Shown: positions 20,090 through 30,706, numbered from the stretch's first letter. The stretch is 64,000 nucleotides of DNA from an uncultured Verrucomicrobiota bacterium (GCA_964486075.1 CAZALU010000001.1:207-64206), one strand, 5' to 3'. A program made the numbers and translations. Notes: generated from the sequence alone by a model not told the origin.

Positions 20090-20472
20090 AAGCCTGAGGA
20101 TGCTAAACGGTTTTGATTTTGAAATCCTTAGGCGCAGTGTGCCCATAAACGGCCTTTTCTCACTTTGCAGGATCGCTTGCGGGCAATAAATTGTCCGCTA
20201 TCACCGTTTCGCCCCCTCTTTGCCATCGCTACCCTTTCTTGACGCATCCATGGCTGAAAAAACGCGGGGCAGGATCGCGCAGGGCGCACGATCACGTGAT
20301 GGTCCTTATCCCGACATGTCTCTGCCACCTGTCCTATTTCCGCTTGCATTCTGTTCCTCAACAAGGCATCCTGCCCTCATAACCAGCACCGCGAAAAGCA
20401 CAAAATCCGTCAATCAAAAGCCAGTCTGGCACTGGCTACTGGCTGGCGGGTAACTATTAAGGGACAGATCCT

Positions 20473-21594
20473 ATGATTACGCCCTGCCGACCCAAGTGGA
20501 AGAGCACGACCACCGACCGCGAACGGTTTAACAACCAAATGCATTACAAGCCCATTGACCGCTGTTTCAATATGGAATTCGGCTACTGGGAAGAGAATTT
20601 TACGATATGGCCCTTGTTTGTTGAAAATCATATCACCAACAACAATGAGGCCGATGCCTTCTTCAATTTTGATGCCATAGCCGGTGTCGGGGGGAATAGC
20701 TGGCTGTTGCCGTTGTTTCCTCAAAGTGTTGTTTCAGAAACATTAACGTCAAAAATAATCATGAATGGCGACGGGCTGCTGGCTGAAGTTCCCAAAGACG
20801 GACACGATACTATTCCGCATTACATAAAGGCGTCGGTGGTGACTCCCGACGATTGGAAGCGCTGCAAGGAAGAACGGCTGCGCCCTGACGATCCGCAGCG
20901 CAAGGTAGATATTCAAGCGATCAAGGCGGCGCATCCGGCAAACCGGGATTATGCTCTGGGCGTATCGTGTGGGTCAATGATCGGGAAAATCAGGGACATG
21001 CTGACCTTCGAAGGCCTGGCTTACGCTGTTTATGATTACCCGGATATGGTCGAGGATATGGTGGAAACGAGCTGTGTTCTCGTAGAATGCTTTCTCGACC
21101 AGGTTCTGCCGCATATCGACTTCGATTATGCATCGGGCTGGGAGGATATCTGCTTCAAGAACGGCCCCATTGTTTCAGTGGATTTCTTCAAGAACGTGGT
21201 CACCCCGCGTTATAAAAGAATTAATAAAAAGCTGAAGGACGTCGGCATTGATCTCTGGTACACGGATTGTGATGGCGATGTCCGCCCGATCCTCCCATAT
21301 CTGATGGAGGGCGGAATCAATTGTCTGTTTCCCTTTGAAGTGAACGGCTGCGCTCATCCTTCCGAATTGTTGAATCAATACGGTAAGGATCTGCGGATTA
21401 TGGGGGGGGTTGACAAACTGGAGCTGGGCAAAGGACCTCAGGCCATCAAAGCTTATCTGAAGACGTTAGTTCCTTTGGTTGAACGAGGTGGCTATATTCC
21501 ATTTTGCGATCATCGCTGTCCGCCTAATGTAAACCCTAACGATTACCTGTATTATCTGGACCTGAAGGAAAAAATGTTTGGGATGCCAGGCTGA
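20473..21594 (+). CDS. Uroporphyrinogen decarboxylase/MtaA-CmuA family protein
   Basis: WEDICFKNGPIVS, YTDCDGD, GGVDKLEL, GGYIPFCDHRCPP motifs of the UroD-like TIM-barrel family. Confidence 0.8.
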   Translation: MITPCRPKWKSTTTDRERFNNQMHYKPIDRCFNMEFGYWEENFTIWPLFVENHITNNNEADAFFNFDAIAGVGGNSWLLPLFPQSVVSETLTSKIIMNGDGLLAEVPKDGHDTIPHYIKASVVTPDDWKRCKEERLRPDDPQRKVDIQAIKAAHPANRDYALGVSCGSMIGKIRDMLTFEGLAYAVYDYPDMVEDMVETSCVLVECFLDQVLPHIDFDYASGWEDICFKNGPIVSVDFFKNVVTPRYKRINKKLKDVGIDLWYTDCDGDVRPILPYLMEGGINCLFPFEVNGCAHPSELLNQYGKDLRIMGGVDKLELGKGPQAIKAYLKTLVPLVERGGYIPFCDHRCPPNVNPNDYLYYLDLKEKMFGMPG

Positions 21595-21610
21595 TCATAA
21601 CTCAGTATCT

Positions 21611-23521
21611 TTACGATGGATCGGCCGGTGCGCCCCTTTTGATCCAAACTGATAGGATGGCAATATCGGCTGGATTAACTCCTGGAATACGAGAGGCTTG
21701 CCCAAGATTTTGCGGCTTTATTTTGGTCAATTTTTGGCGAGCTTCAGTTCTCAGCGCCCGAATTTTTTCGTACTCAAACCACGAAGGAATATCTTGATCA
21801 TCAAGATTTTGAGTCTTTTCAATAAGACTATTCTCCCTGGCAATATAGCCTTCGTATTTAATGCGTATTTCGACTTGCGTTTTGACTTCAGCTGACAGTG
21901 ACGGTAGCGATCCAGGCAGATCCTGGTAATGAACGTCATGACGTCTTAACATCTGGGCCAACGAACAGTTTCCTTGATGTACTGTTAATAACCTGTTCAC
22001 TTCCCTTTGAACTTCTATTTCTGCAGCCAGAGCATCCTCAATATCATTCCGGTGGACGATGCCTATTTTCTCAGCGAACGGTATCATCCTGTAAATTGCG
22101 TTATCCTGGCGAAGACTTAAACGATATTCGGCGCGTGACGTAAACATGCGGTATGGCTCATCTATCCCCTTGGTGATCAGATCATCAATCAGCACTCCGA
22201 TATACGCCTCGTTTCTACGAAAAATGATCGGATCTTGTCCGCGCACTTTTCTACTTGCATTTACGCCGGCCACAAAACCCTGGACGGCCGCCTCCTCATA
22301 GCCAGTGGTTCCGTTAATCTGTCCAGCGAAGAAAAGACCTTCTATGCGTTTCGATTCGAGGGACGCAGTTAATTGAGTCGGATCTGAATAATCGTATTCA
22401 ATTGCATAGGCCAGTTGAGTCAATTCTGACTTTTCCAATCCCGGGATGGAATGAACTAAATCTACCTGCACATCTTCAGGCAGACTGTTGGAAAGTCCGT
22501 TTGGATATATTTCGATTGAATCCCTGCCTTCAGGTTCAATAAAAACATGATGTTGACTCTTATCGTGAAATTTAACAATTTTATCTTCTATAGATGGGCA
22601 ATATCTGACCCCGGTGCTTGTGATTTGTCCGCCATAGAGAGAGCTTTCGTGCAAGTGTTCTCGAATAATGTCATGAGTTTGTGGAGTAGTATGAGTTAAA
22701 TAACAAGGCATTTGATCCGAACCAGGCGGCCAAGGGCGCATACAGGACTCATATTGTTCCACGTGGAACAATGCTTTCAAATCCGATTCTGACAAAGACC
22801 GCTGTTCCACGTGGAACATTCTCCAATCTTGCCTAGCCACATTGGAGAAAAACGTAGGCGGATTATTTCCAGGCTGAATCGTCATTTTGGAATAGTCTAT
22901 TGAGTTCTTATGAAGTCTGGCAGGAGTGCCAGTCTTAAATCTTTCAATAGAAAACCCCATTGTTTTTAGAGATTGGCTCAATTCTCCGGCGGTGTCTTCG
23001 TTTTTTCGTCCACCAGTAAAGCTAACTTTTCCGATATGAATTGTGCCCCTGAGGAATGTTCCAGGAGCCAATACGACGCTCTTGGCATAAATCATTTCAT
23101 TAGTCTTCGTGAGCACGCCACGCAATTTGCCATTATTTGCTATTATGCCAATTACCATTGCTTTAATGATTACCAAGTTTGGTGTATTGGATAAGATGGC
23201 AATCATTCGTGATGAAAAAAAAGATTTATCACATTGAGCTCGGCAGGCCTGGACTGCTGGTCCTTTTCTGGTATTCAACATTCGAAACTGAATGCCGGAG
23301 TAATCGGTATTCCTAGCAATCTCGCCGCCCAGTGAGTCTAGTTCAAATACCAAGTGAGATTTGGCTATGCCGCCTATGGAAGGATTGCATGACATTCTGG
23401 CGATGGATTGTTTATCGAGCGTGATCAGGGCGGTCTGTAGGCCCATTCTAGCGGAAGCCAGGGCCGCTTCATAGCCGGCATGACCGGCGCCAACGACGAT
23501 GATATCTAATAATGTACTCAT
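21611..23521 (-). CDS. mnmG: tRNA uridine-5-carboxymethylaminomethyl modification enzyme MnmG (GidA)
   Basis: VVGAGHAGYEAA, MSCNPSIGGIAK, RYCPSIEDK, FAGQINGTTGYEEAA, YRMFTSRAEYRL. Confidence 0.97.
   Translation of the reverse strand: MSTLLDIIVVGAGHAGYEAALASARMGLQTALITLDKQSIARMSCNPSIGGIAKSHLVFELDSLGGEIARNTDYSGIQFRMLNTRKGPAVQACRAQCDKSFFSSRMIAILSNTPNLVIIKAMVIGIIANNGKLRGVLTKTNEMIYAKSVVLAPGTFLRGTIHIGKVSFTGGRKNEDTAGELSQSLKTMGFSIERFKTGTPARLHKNSIDYSKMTIQPGNNPPTFFSNVARQDWRMFHVEQRSLSESDLKALFHVEQYESCMRPWPPGSDQMPCYLTHTTPQTHDIIREHLHESSLYGGQITSTGVRYCPSIEDKIVKFHDKSQHHVFIEPEGRDSIEIYPNGLSNSLPEDVQVDLVHSIPGLEKSELTQLAYAIEYDYSDPTQLTASLESKRIEGLFFAGQINGTTGYEEAAVQGFVAGVNASRKVRGQDPIIFRRNEAYIGVLIDDLITKGIDEPYRMFTSRAEYRLSLRQDNAIYRMIPFAEKIGIVHRNDIEDALAAEIEVQREVNRLLTVHQGNCSLAQMLRRHDVHYQDLPGSLPSLSAEVKTQVEIRIKYEGYIARENSLIEKTQNLDDQDIPSWFEYEKIRALRTEARQKLTKIKPQNLGQASRIPGVNPADIAILSVWIKRGAPADPS
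22755..22770. other. parS site
   Basis: Perfect 16-bp palindrome TGTTCCACGTGGAACA matching the parS consensus. Confidence 0.85.
22803..22818. other. parS site
   Basis: Second perfect TGTTCCACGTGGAACA, 48 bp from the first. Confidence 0.85.
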
Positions 23522-23732
23522 GTATACTAGTCAATGAATTATGTTAACAACGAAACACACGAAATTCACAAAAATATCGGACTTTATTTACATTCTGATA
23601 CCAATATTGTATTTCACCCCATGGGTATATCTTTGTCGGTGTGCCACGAACAATAATAGCTTAATCATCTGAATTTTAGTTTCGTATATGTTGTGTATTC
23701 CGTAGTTTAAAGGATATTTTCAGCTTGAGTGG

Positions 23733-25094
23733 TTATTTTCCAACACAGAATTTTGAAAAGATGGCCTTCAATAATTCTGAATTATATTGTTTGCCTATAA
23801 TCTCTCCCAAAGATATTGCTGCCATCCGAATATTAGCCGCCGCCATAACGATCATATCTTCTTGTTTTGTTTGCAGACTGTTTAACGATTCTTCAATTTC
23901 TTGCTGGGTTGAGATAATCATTTGCCTATGTCGCTCTGAAATTACGGCATGCGCTGGTTGGGATGAAATAGACCCGAGCTTACAAGCAATGGCTTGTTTA
24001 ATATCTGTCAGTCCGATCCCCGATATTAGGCATGTTTGTATTGTGTTAAAAGATTGATAATCAATTAATTGCAGTTGTTTGTGGAGATCGGATTTGTTTA
24101 ATACCACTATGCTGCGCTGACTATTCAACTCCAGAAGGTTGCCATAATCTTCTGCATCAAATACTTGTGAAAGATCCATGACATGCAAATGAATGTCGGC
24201 CTGACGCATCTGGAGCCTGGCTCGCCGGACGCCTTCATTTTCAATGTCACAGTCTGTGGTGCGCAAGCCGGCCGTATCAACAAGGCGGATTGGTATGCCG
24301 TTGAGGATCAATGTTTCTTCAATTATGTCCCGTGTTGTGCCCGGCGTGGCTGAAACAATTGCGCGCTCTTTACCGAGCAGCAGATTGAGCAATGTTGATT
24401 TCCCGACATTGGGCTTTCCTGAGATTACCACCAGGGCGCCTTCGCGCAACAAATGGCCTTCTTCCCATGTTTCCAGAAGGGCGGCTAGCTGGCCTTGCAA
24501 TGTTATCAGCTTTTTAATGACATCAGGAATCACGACCGGCGGAAGATCGTCCTCTGAAAAATCCAGGGTAGCCTCCAAATCGGCATTAGCATCCAATAAA
24601 TCATTATAAATAATTGTGAACAAACGACTTAGTTTGCCTTCCAGCTGTTCCAGGGCCGAGGATGCGGCGCGGTCGGAGCGAGCCCGGATCAGGTCCAAGA
24701 CCGCTTCGGCCTGCAGCAGATCGATGCGGCCGTTAAGAAAGGCTCGCTGGGTGAATTCGCCGGGATCGGCCAAACGGGCACCGGCGTTCAGCGTTGCCTG
24801 CAGGATCCGCCGGACCTGGATGTTGCCGCCGTGGCATTGTATTTCAACGACATCCTCGCGGGTGTAGCTGTGGGGCGCGCGCATGATGAGTAGAATCACC
24901 TCATCCAGAACCTCGGTCTGGCCTTTTATCCGGCCGTGGACGGCACTGAACGGAGGACGCCGGGACGGGGGCGGACTCGATCCGACAAACAGGCTATCGG
25001 CAATTGCCAGGCTAGTTGGCCCGGAAACCCGGATGACGGCAATTCCGGCCTCGCCCGGGGCGGTCGCGATTGCGGCTATGGTATCTTGATCCAT
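23733..25094 (-). CDS. mnmE: tRNA modification GTPase MnmE (TrmE)
   Basis: [60 protein letters not shown]-terminal FCVGK. Confidence 0.97.
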   Translation of the reverse strand: MDQDTIAAIATAPGEAGIAVIRVSGPTSLAIADSLFVGSSPPPSRRPPFSAVHGRIKGQTEVLDEVILLIMRAPHSYTREDVVEIQCHGGNIQVRRILQATLNAGARLADPGEFTQRAFLNGRIDLLQAEAVLDLIRARSDRAASSALEQLEGKLSRLFTIIYNDLLDANADLEATLDFSEDDLPPVVIPDVIKKLITLQGQLAALLETWEEGHLLREGALVVISGKPNVGKSTLLNLLLGKERAIVSATPGTTRDIIEETLILNGIPIRLVDTAGLRTTDCDIENEGVRRARLQMRQADIHLHVMDLSQVFDAEDYGNLLELNSQRSIVVLNKSDLHKQLQLIDYQSFNTIQTCLISGIGLTDIKQAIACKLGSISSQPAHAVISERHRQMIISTQQEIEESLNSLQTKQEDMIVMAAANIRMAAISLGEIIGKQYNSELLKAIFSKFCVGK

Positions 25095-25248
25095 GAATAT
25101 TTCTCCAGCAAAGCAATCGGCGCTGATTGTAGGCCAGGCTGACCTGAGGGAAAGCCTTTTTTGAGTACTTCTTTGAATTAGGTTGACGCGTATGGGCGGC
25201 TGCCGGACGCCCTAGCGTTTGATATTACTACGTATTCGATGGTGGCAG

Positions 25249-25313
25249 AGATCCCTCGCTACACTCGGGATGACAAGCCCTGTCATTCCGATGAGCGGAG
25301 CGACGAGGAATCT
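25249..25313. repeat. Inverted REP-like pair
   Basis: AGATCCCTCGCTACACTCGGGATGACA facing TGTCATTCCGATGAGCGGAGCGACGAGGAATCT. Confidence 0.65.
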
Positions 25314-25453
25314 CGATCCCATCAGATGCGTTATCATGTTTATGACGATGGGTACTTAGCATTCATTTAGCGCTTCAGTTTCGGGAAGGGATATGGTATT
25401 GATTGGCATCAAGGCAACGGGCTCCGAGGTGTCCGATGGGGAGTATTTCCAAA

Positions 25454-26434
25454 ATGAATTGGCTGGAATTGAGCAAACGCGTGCTGGCGGGAGAACGGCT
25501 GGCAAAAAAGGAAGCCTTGGCCATTCTGCGTTCACCTGACGATGAACTGCTGGCCCTGCTGGACGCCGCCTTCCGGGTGCGCCGCCATTATTTCAAGCGC
25601 GGTGTGCGCCTGCACGTGATCCGCAACGCCCGCAGCGGAAGCTGCAGCGAGGATTGTTCCTATTGCAGCCAATCGGTTTCCGCCAGCGGTGATGCGCCAC
25701 AATACACCTGGCAATCACAGGCTGAAATTGTCGCCGGCGCGCGTGACGCCCGCCGCATGGATGCCTTCCGGTATTGCATGGTCTCCAGCGGGCGCAGTCC
25801 GGCTGAAGAGGAGGTCGTCCGCATGTGCGCCACCGTGCGCGCCATCAAGAAGTCGAATCCAATCCAAGCCTGCGTCTCGCTTGGTTTGTTGAATGTAGCG
25901 CAAGCCCGGCGCCTGAAGGCGGCGGGGGTCAACCGCTATAACCACAACCTGGAAACATCCAAACGTTTTTTCCCGCATATCTGCACGACCCATACTTATG
26001 CCGACCGCATCGCCACCGTCAAGGCCGTCAAGGCGGCAGGACTGGAATTATGCTGCGGCGGCTTACTGGGCCTCGGCGAAACACTGGCGGACCGCGCGGA
26101 GCTGGCCCTGGCCGTGCGCGAGGCGGACGCTGATTCCATTCCGGTCAACTTTCTCGATCCCCGGGCGGGAACGCCCCTGGAAAGGCGCCCGCGCCTGGCG
26201 CCGGGCGATTGTCTGCGCGCGTTGGCCATGTTCCGTTTCGCGAATCCGGACCGGGAAATCCGGGTGGCCGGAGGGCGAGAAGCGTGTCTCGGTTCCCTGC
26301 AGGCGCTGGCGCTGTTCCCGGCCAACTCGATTTTTACCAACGGATACCTGACGACGGAAGGACAGGGGCACCCGGCCGACCTGGCCATGATCAAGGCGGC
26401 CGGATTCACGGTGGAGCACGTCACGCTGGACTGA
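25454..26434 (+). CDS. bioB: Biotin synthase
   Basis: Radical SAM CSEDCSYCSQS, YNHNLET, ELCCGGLLGLGET, SIPVNFL, ANSIFTNGYLTT; start placed at ATG 25454. Confidence 0.93.
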   Translation: MNWLELSKRVLAGERLAKKEALAILRSPDDELLALLDAAFRVRRHYFKRGVRLHVIRNARSGSCSEDCSYCSQSVSASGDAPQYTWQSQAEIVAGARDARRMDAFRYCMVSSGRSPAEEEVVRMCATVRAIKKSNPIQACVSLGLLNVAQARRLKAAGVNRYNHNLETSKRFFPHICTTHTYADRIATVKAVKAAGLELCCGGLLGLGETLADRAELALAVREADADSIPVNFLDPRAGTPLERRPRLAPGDCLRALAMFRFANPDREIRVAGGREACLGSLQALALFPANSIFTNGYLTTEGQGHPADLAMIKAAGFTVEHVTLD

Positions 26435-26451
26435 ATTGGAAGGAGCCACAC

Positions 26452-26811
26452 GTGAATGTCGCCGTGATTGGCGCCAGCAACAAACCGGATCGCTACAGCT
26501 ACAAAGCGGTGATGCTGCTTCGCAAGAAGGGCCATGCGCCTTACCCGGTGCATCCGCTGCTGAAGGAAATCGAAGGCGTGCCCGTTTACGCCTCGTTGCG
26601 GGCGATTCCGGACCCGATCGATACCATTACCGTTTATCTTTCCGCCCGCAATCAACAGGCCGTCGCGGAGGATATACTGCGCAGCGGCGCGCGCAGCGTA
26701 ATTTTCAATCCCGGCGCTGAGAACCCGGAACTGGCCGCCCGTCTGCAACAACAGGACGTGGAATCTATTGAGGCCTGCACCCTGGTACTTTTGACCACGG
26801 GCCAGTTCTAA
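26452..26811 (+). CDS. CoA-binding protein (YccU-like)
   Basis: VAVIGASNKPDRYSYKA, YPVHP, VIFNPGAEN, ACTLVLL; SD AAGGAG before GTG. Confidence 0.88.
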   Translation: MNVAVIGASNKPDRYSYKAVMLLRKKGHAPYPVHPLLKEIEGVPVYASLRAIPDPIDTITVYLSARNQQAVAEDILRSGARSVIFNPGAENPELAARLQQQDVESIEACTLVLLTTGQF

Positions 26812-26828
26812 TAATCAAGGAAAAGGTC

Positions 26829-27737
26829 ATGCCCGCAAAATTGCCAGCCACAGAAGGCTTTGTTCCATTCCGGGATTACAAGATATGGTATCGCATCGCC
26901 GGCGATCGTGAAGCGCCGGGCAAATTACCGCTGCTTTGCCTGCACGGCGGACCGGGCGCGCCGCACGACTACCTGGAGCCGCTGGAGGATCTGGCCGCCG
27001 ACGGACGCCGGATCGTCTTCTATGACCAGTTAGGCGCCGGCAATTCTGATCATCCCAATAATCCGGCCCTGTGGCAGGTAGAGTTATTTGTTGAGGAGTT
27101 GGCCGTTATCCGCCGGGCCCTGGGCTTGGATCGGGTTCATATTTTAGGTCAGTCCTGGGGCGGTATGCTCGGCATGGAGCACGCCTTGACTCAGCCGGAG
27201 GGCCTGGCCAGCCTGATCCTGGCCGATGCTCCCGCCAGTATACTTCAGTGGGTCGCCGAGGCCAACCGCCTGCGCTCAGAACTGCCCGCTGCGGTCCAGC
27301 AGACCCTGCTTAAACACGAAGCTGCCGGCACCACGGACGATCCGGCATATCAGGCAGCCATGCTGGTGTTTTACCGGCGGCATGTCTGCCGGCTCGATCC
27401 ATGGCCAGATTGCCTCAACCTGGCCTTCGCCAAACATTCCCTGCACCCGCAGGTTTACCACACCATGAACGGGCCCAGCGAGTTCCACGTGACCGGCGTG
27501 CTCAAGAACTGGGACATCACCCCGCGCCTCCGCGAAATCTGCGTACCGACCCTGGTGATCTCCGGCCGCTACGACGAAGCCACTCCCGCCATAGCGGGGA
27601 CGGTGCAGCGTGGCATACCGGGCGCGGAATGGGTTCTGTTCGAAAACAGCTCGCACATGCCGCACCTGGAAGAGACCGCCCGCTTTCTAAAGGTAGTGAC
27701 AAATTTTCTGGACCGAGTTGAATTGCCAGGCCGTTAA
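26829..27737 (+). CDS. pip: Proline iminopeptidase family hydrolase
   Basis: LHGGPG, YDQLGAG, nucleophile GQSWGG, GRYDEA, SSHMPH. Confidence 0.88.
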   Translation: MPAKLPATEGFVPFRDYKIWYRIAGDREAPGKLPLLCLHGGPGAPHDYLEPLEDLAADGRRIVFYDQLGAGNSDHPNNPALWQVELFVEELAVIRRALGLDRVHILGQSWGGMLGMEHALTQPEGLASLILADAPASILQWVAEANRLRSELPAAVQQTLLKHEAAGTTDDPAYQAAMLVFYRRHVCRLDPWPDCLNLAFAKHSLHPQVYHTMNGPSEFHVTGVLKNWDITPRLREICVPTLVISGRYDEATPAIAGTVQRGIPGAEWVLFENSSHMPHLEETARFLKVVTNFLDRVELPGR

Positions 27738-27852
27738 AGCATCACGACGAACCATCTTTTCAGCAACCGGGAGCAAAGGCATGGCGTTAGCGGCCGACAC
27801 ACAACAATTACTATTGAATTAGCAGCGCGACGAAATTACCGAGTATCTATCC

Positions 27853-28107
27853 ATGAAAACCGAGGGCGGCCGGCTGAATCCGCTCAAGGCCGCCTTGTAC
27901 ACCGGCACAACCTATATCCTGACCGTCATGCTGCTGATTCTGCCCTACCTGGTAGCGCCCAATTTTTATCTTGCGCTGGCCTGCACTCTTGCCCTGGCCG
28001 TCCTGCTTATCGCTTTATTCAATGACTACATCGCGGTGGCCAAAGACCTGCCATTCCGGCAACGATTTGTGGAAATGGCGGGCATTAGCCTGGGCGTGGA
28101 GGCGTGA
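27853..28107 (+). pseudogene. C-terminal fragment of a VIT1/CCC1-family transporter
   Basis: NPLKAALYTGTTYILTVMLLILPYL...FRQRFVEMAGISLGV matches the C-terminal helices of VIT1/CCC1 proteins; N-terminus and last helix missing. Confidence 0.6.
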
Positions 28108-28301
28108 AGGGTGCGGCTAATTCAATGTTTGCAATGTACCTAATACGCTTGTGCTCGGAGCTACTATATGAAAGGATGAGTGGTTCTGTTTTTCAAGGAG
28201 TTAAACCCGATGCCGGATCTTGGGTTTGAATCACGCCGCGCGTGACGGATGCGCGGCTAAAAGCGAGTATCATGATTAACACGAATAAAGTTGTCGTTGT
28301 T

Positions 28302-28535
28302 ATGAACGACATAACACTCGCGCAATTAAACGCCGGAGAACAGGCGGCGATTGTAGCTGTGCAGGGCGGCGGCCTGCAGCACCGCCTGCGCAGCGTGGGC
28401 CTGAAAGAAGGCAAGCTGTTGCGCGTGCTGGCCAAGCACCATTTTTCCGGTCCGATGGTCGTGGAGGTGGAGCGGCACCACATCACCATCGGCCGGGGAA
28501 TGGCCCAGAAAATCTTCGTCGCGCGCACGCCATGA
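28302..28535 (+). CDS. feoA: Ferrous iron transport protein A
   Basis: LQHRLRSVGLKEG, GPMVVEV, IGRGMAQKIFV; ATGA overlap with feoB. Confidence 0.88.
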   Translation: MNDITLAQLNAGEQAAIVAVQGGGLQHRLRSVGLKEGKLLRVLAKHHFSGPMVVEVERHHITIGRGMAQKIFVARTP

Positions 28536-30238
28536 AAACCGTTCTGCTCATCGGTGATCCCAATGTCGGCAAGAGCGTGCTCTTTTCCCGCCTGACGGGC
28601 GTGGACGTTATCTCCTCGAACTATCCCGGCACGACAGTGGACTACCTGAAGGGGCGCATGAACCTGGATGGCGAGTCCGTCGAGCTTATCGACGCTCCGG
28701 GGACCTACTCGCTGAAAATCACCAACAAGGCGGAGGAAGTCACCGTAGCCCTGCTGGATCGGGCTGACGTAATTGTGAACGTTATTGACGCCACCAGCCT
28801 CGAACGTTGTCTGCTCCTGACGATCGAACTGTTGGCGAAGCGCAAGCCGGTCGTTATCGCGTTGAACATGTGGGATGAAGCGCAGCACTTGGGTATTCAT
28901 ATCGATATCCAGGCCCTGGAAAAGATCCTGGGAGTCCCAGTGGTGCCCACAGTTGCCATTACCGCCGAAGGGGTCAAGGACCTGGTTCAACGCCTTAAAG
29001 AAGCGCAGATTTCCGAACGGCCCCATCCGGGAGACGAGGACCAGGCCTGGACGGAAATCGGACACATTGTCCGCCAAGTGCAGACCGTGGCGCACCGCCA
29101 TCACAGTTTCCGGGATTGGCTGACGGATGCCACCGTCAAATCCGGCACCGGCTGGCTGACGGCGATAGTGGTGATGGCATCGCTTTTTGGACTGGTCAGG
29201 CTGATGGGCGAAGGTCTTATCCGCTACGCGGTCGAGCCGGTGTTCGAATTATACCGGATACCGATGGATGCCTTGGGCACTTGGCTGGGGCCCGGACTAG
29301 CGCACAAGATCCTGATTGGCACGCTGATCGATGGAAAAGTGGATTATATCCAGTCCATGGGCATGCTCACGACCGGCTTCTTTGTGCCGTTCGGCATGGT
29401 CCTGCCTTATATCATAGCGTTCTACCTGGCCTTGGCCCTGCTAGAGGACTCGGGATACCTGCCGCGACTGGCCACGGTGACCGATAACGTGTTTCATAAA
29501 TTGGGGCTGCACGGGCATGGCATTATTTCAGTGCTGCTTGGTCTGGGATGCAAAGTGCCTGGCATACTGTCCGCGCGCACGCTAGAAACGCGCAAACAAC
29601 GTTTCATTGCGATCACACTGGTGGGCCTTACGGTTCCCTGCGCAGCGCATACTGCGATGATCTTCGGAGTGTTGGGGCGCTACGGCATGACATACGTCTT
29701 GATCGTTTTCGGAACGATGGCAGCGCTGTTCCTGCTCCTGGGCTTAATTTTTAATCGCACCTCGCGCGAGGAATGTCCGGAATTATTTCTTGATATACCT
29801 CCATACCGTTGGCCGATTCCGGCGATCGTCGCCAAGAAAACCTGGATGCGGATCCGCTGGTTTCTGACGGAGGCGTTGCCGCTTGTTTTTATCGGAGTCC
29901 TGGCCGCCAGTCTACTGGATGCCTTTGGCGTTATCGCCCTGCTGGCCGATCGCGCCGCGCCGTTCATGCAAGCCTGGCTCGGCTTGCCCGGCGAGGCCGC
30001 GCCCGCCCTGTTCAGTGGTTTATTGCGCAAGGAGCTGGCGATCGGCATGCTGGTGCCCCTGGCGCTAACCCCCGCCCAGCAGACAGTGGCGGTGACGGTT
30101 TTCTCCCTGTTCCCCTGCATTGCCGCGCTGGTGGTCATGCTCAAGGAATTAGGGATTAAGGATATGCTGAAGGCCATGCTGGTCATGATCCTGGCGGCAT
30201 TGGCGGTGGGCGGACTGTTACATATCCTCTTTATATGA
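28532..30238 (+). CDS. feoB: Ferrous iron transport protein B (short form)
   Basis: G1 GDPNVGKS, NYPGTTVD, DAPGTYSL, GYLPRLA, GLGCKVP, PCAAH. Confidence 0.92.
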   Translation: MKTVLLIGDPNVGKSVLFSRLTGVDVISSNYPGTTVDYLKGRMNLDGESVELIDAPGTYSLKITNKAEEVTVALLDRADVIVNVIDATSLERCLLLTIELLAKRKPVVIALNMWDEAQHLGIHIDIQALEKILGVPVVPTVAITAEGVKDLVQRLKEAQISERPHPGDEDQAWTEIGHIVRQVQTVAHRHHSFRDWLTDATVKSGTGWLTAIVVMASLFGLVRLMGEGLIRYAVEPVFELYRIPMDALGTWLGPGLAHKILIGTLIDGKVDYIQSMGMLTTGFFVPFGMVLPYIIAFYLALALLEDSGYLPRLATVTDNVFHKLGLHGHGIISVLLGLGCKVPGILSARTLETRKQRFIAITLVGLTVPCAAHTAMIFGVLGRYGMTYVLIVFGTMAALFLLLGLIFNRTSREECPELFLDIPPYRWPIPAIVAKKTWMRIRWFLTEALPLVFIGVLAASLLDAFGVIALLADRAAPFMQAWLGLPGEAAPALFSGLLRKELAIGMLVPLALTPAQQTVAVTVFSLFPCIAALVVMLKELGIKDMLKAMLVMILAALAVGGLLHILFI

Positions 30239-30349
30239 TTGCGTTCAAACGCTCTGTCTGAGAATGCGGGTTTGGCGATAGGCTGTGGTTGTTTAGGATA
30301 TTTTTTCTATTGACGAGCCGGACCATTGTGATACTTTGCTGTTCAGTTC

Positions 30350-30580
30350 TTTGGAAAATAAATTATTCGCGAAAAGAGTACGGAAGTTCGTGAAAATCGG
30401 ACACGGTCGCGCCGCTGTGACCGGCTATCATCTTTCTCCGAGCGTATAGCGTTTCGCAGAAAGTGACCACTTCTCCGCCAAAGGGCGGGCTGTGGCGAAC
30501 CCTCATTAGCCACTGCGAGCTGCAAGGCAAGCGGGAAGGCGAGGGCGAGGATTGAAGCCGGAAGTCAGAAGACGTTTCTT
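30350..30580 (+). ncRNA. Cobalamin (AdoCbl) riboswitch
   Basis: AAGAGTACGGAAGTTCGTGAAAATCGGACACGGTCGCGCCGCTGTGA 5' core, GCCACTG...GGGAAGGC B12 box, 3' GCCGGAAGTCAGAAGAC. Confidence 0.85.
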
Positions 30581-30661
30581 TTCATGCTCATTAAAGCAAC
30601 GGTTGACAGCCGTTTTGACTCCTGCGCTTGAAAGGAGGAAATGAGGACATACATCGTCTTC

Positions 30662-30706
30662 AAACCTTCAGATTCCTCGCGTGGGAGTCTGAAGGTTTTT
30701 TTATTT
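30662..30706 (+). terminator. Rho-independent terminator (riboswitch expression platform)
   Basis: AAACCTTCAGATTCC-loop-GGAGTCTGAAGGTTT followed by a T-run. Confidence 0.85.

Larger units (their letters stand above)
17933..20140 (+). mobile_element. ISAs1-family insertion sequence (ends uncertain)
   Basis: Transposase in two overlapping frames; candidate promoter TGGACA-17-TATGAC; no matching right inverted repeat identified. Confidence 0.7.

Noticed and set aside
20090-20400. Right inverted repeat of the ISAs1 element
   Set aside because: Only weak TCAAA similarity to 17971-17988 and no reverse complement of the 17933 terminus; end left unassigned
23522-23732. oriC between mnmG and mnmE
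   Set aside because: AT-rich, but no TTATCCACA-type DnaA boxes found
25320-25453. BirA operator upstream of bioB
   Set aside because: No TGTAAACC-N-GGTTTACA-like palindrome seen
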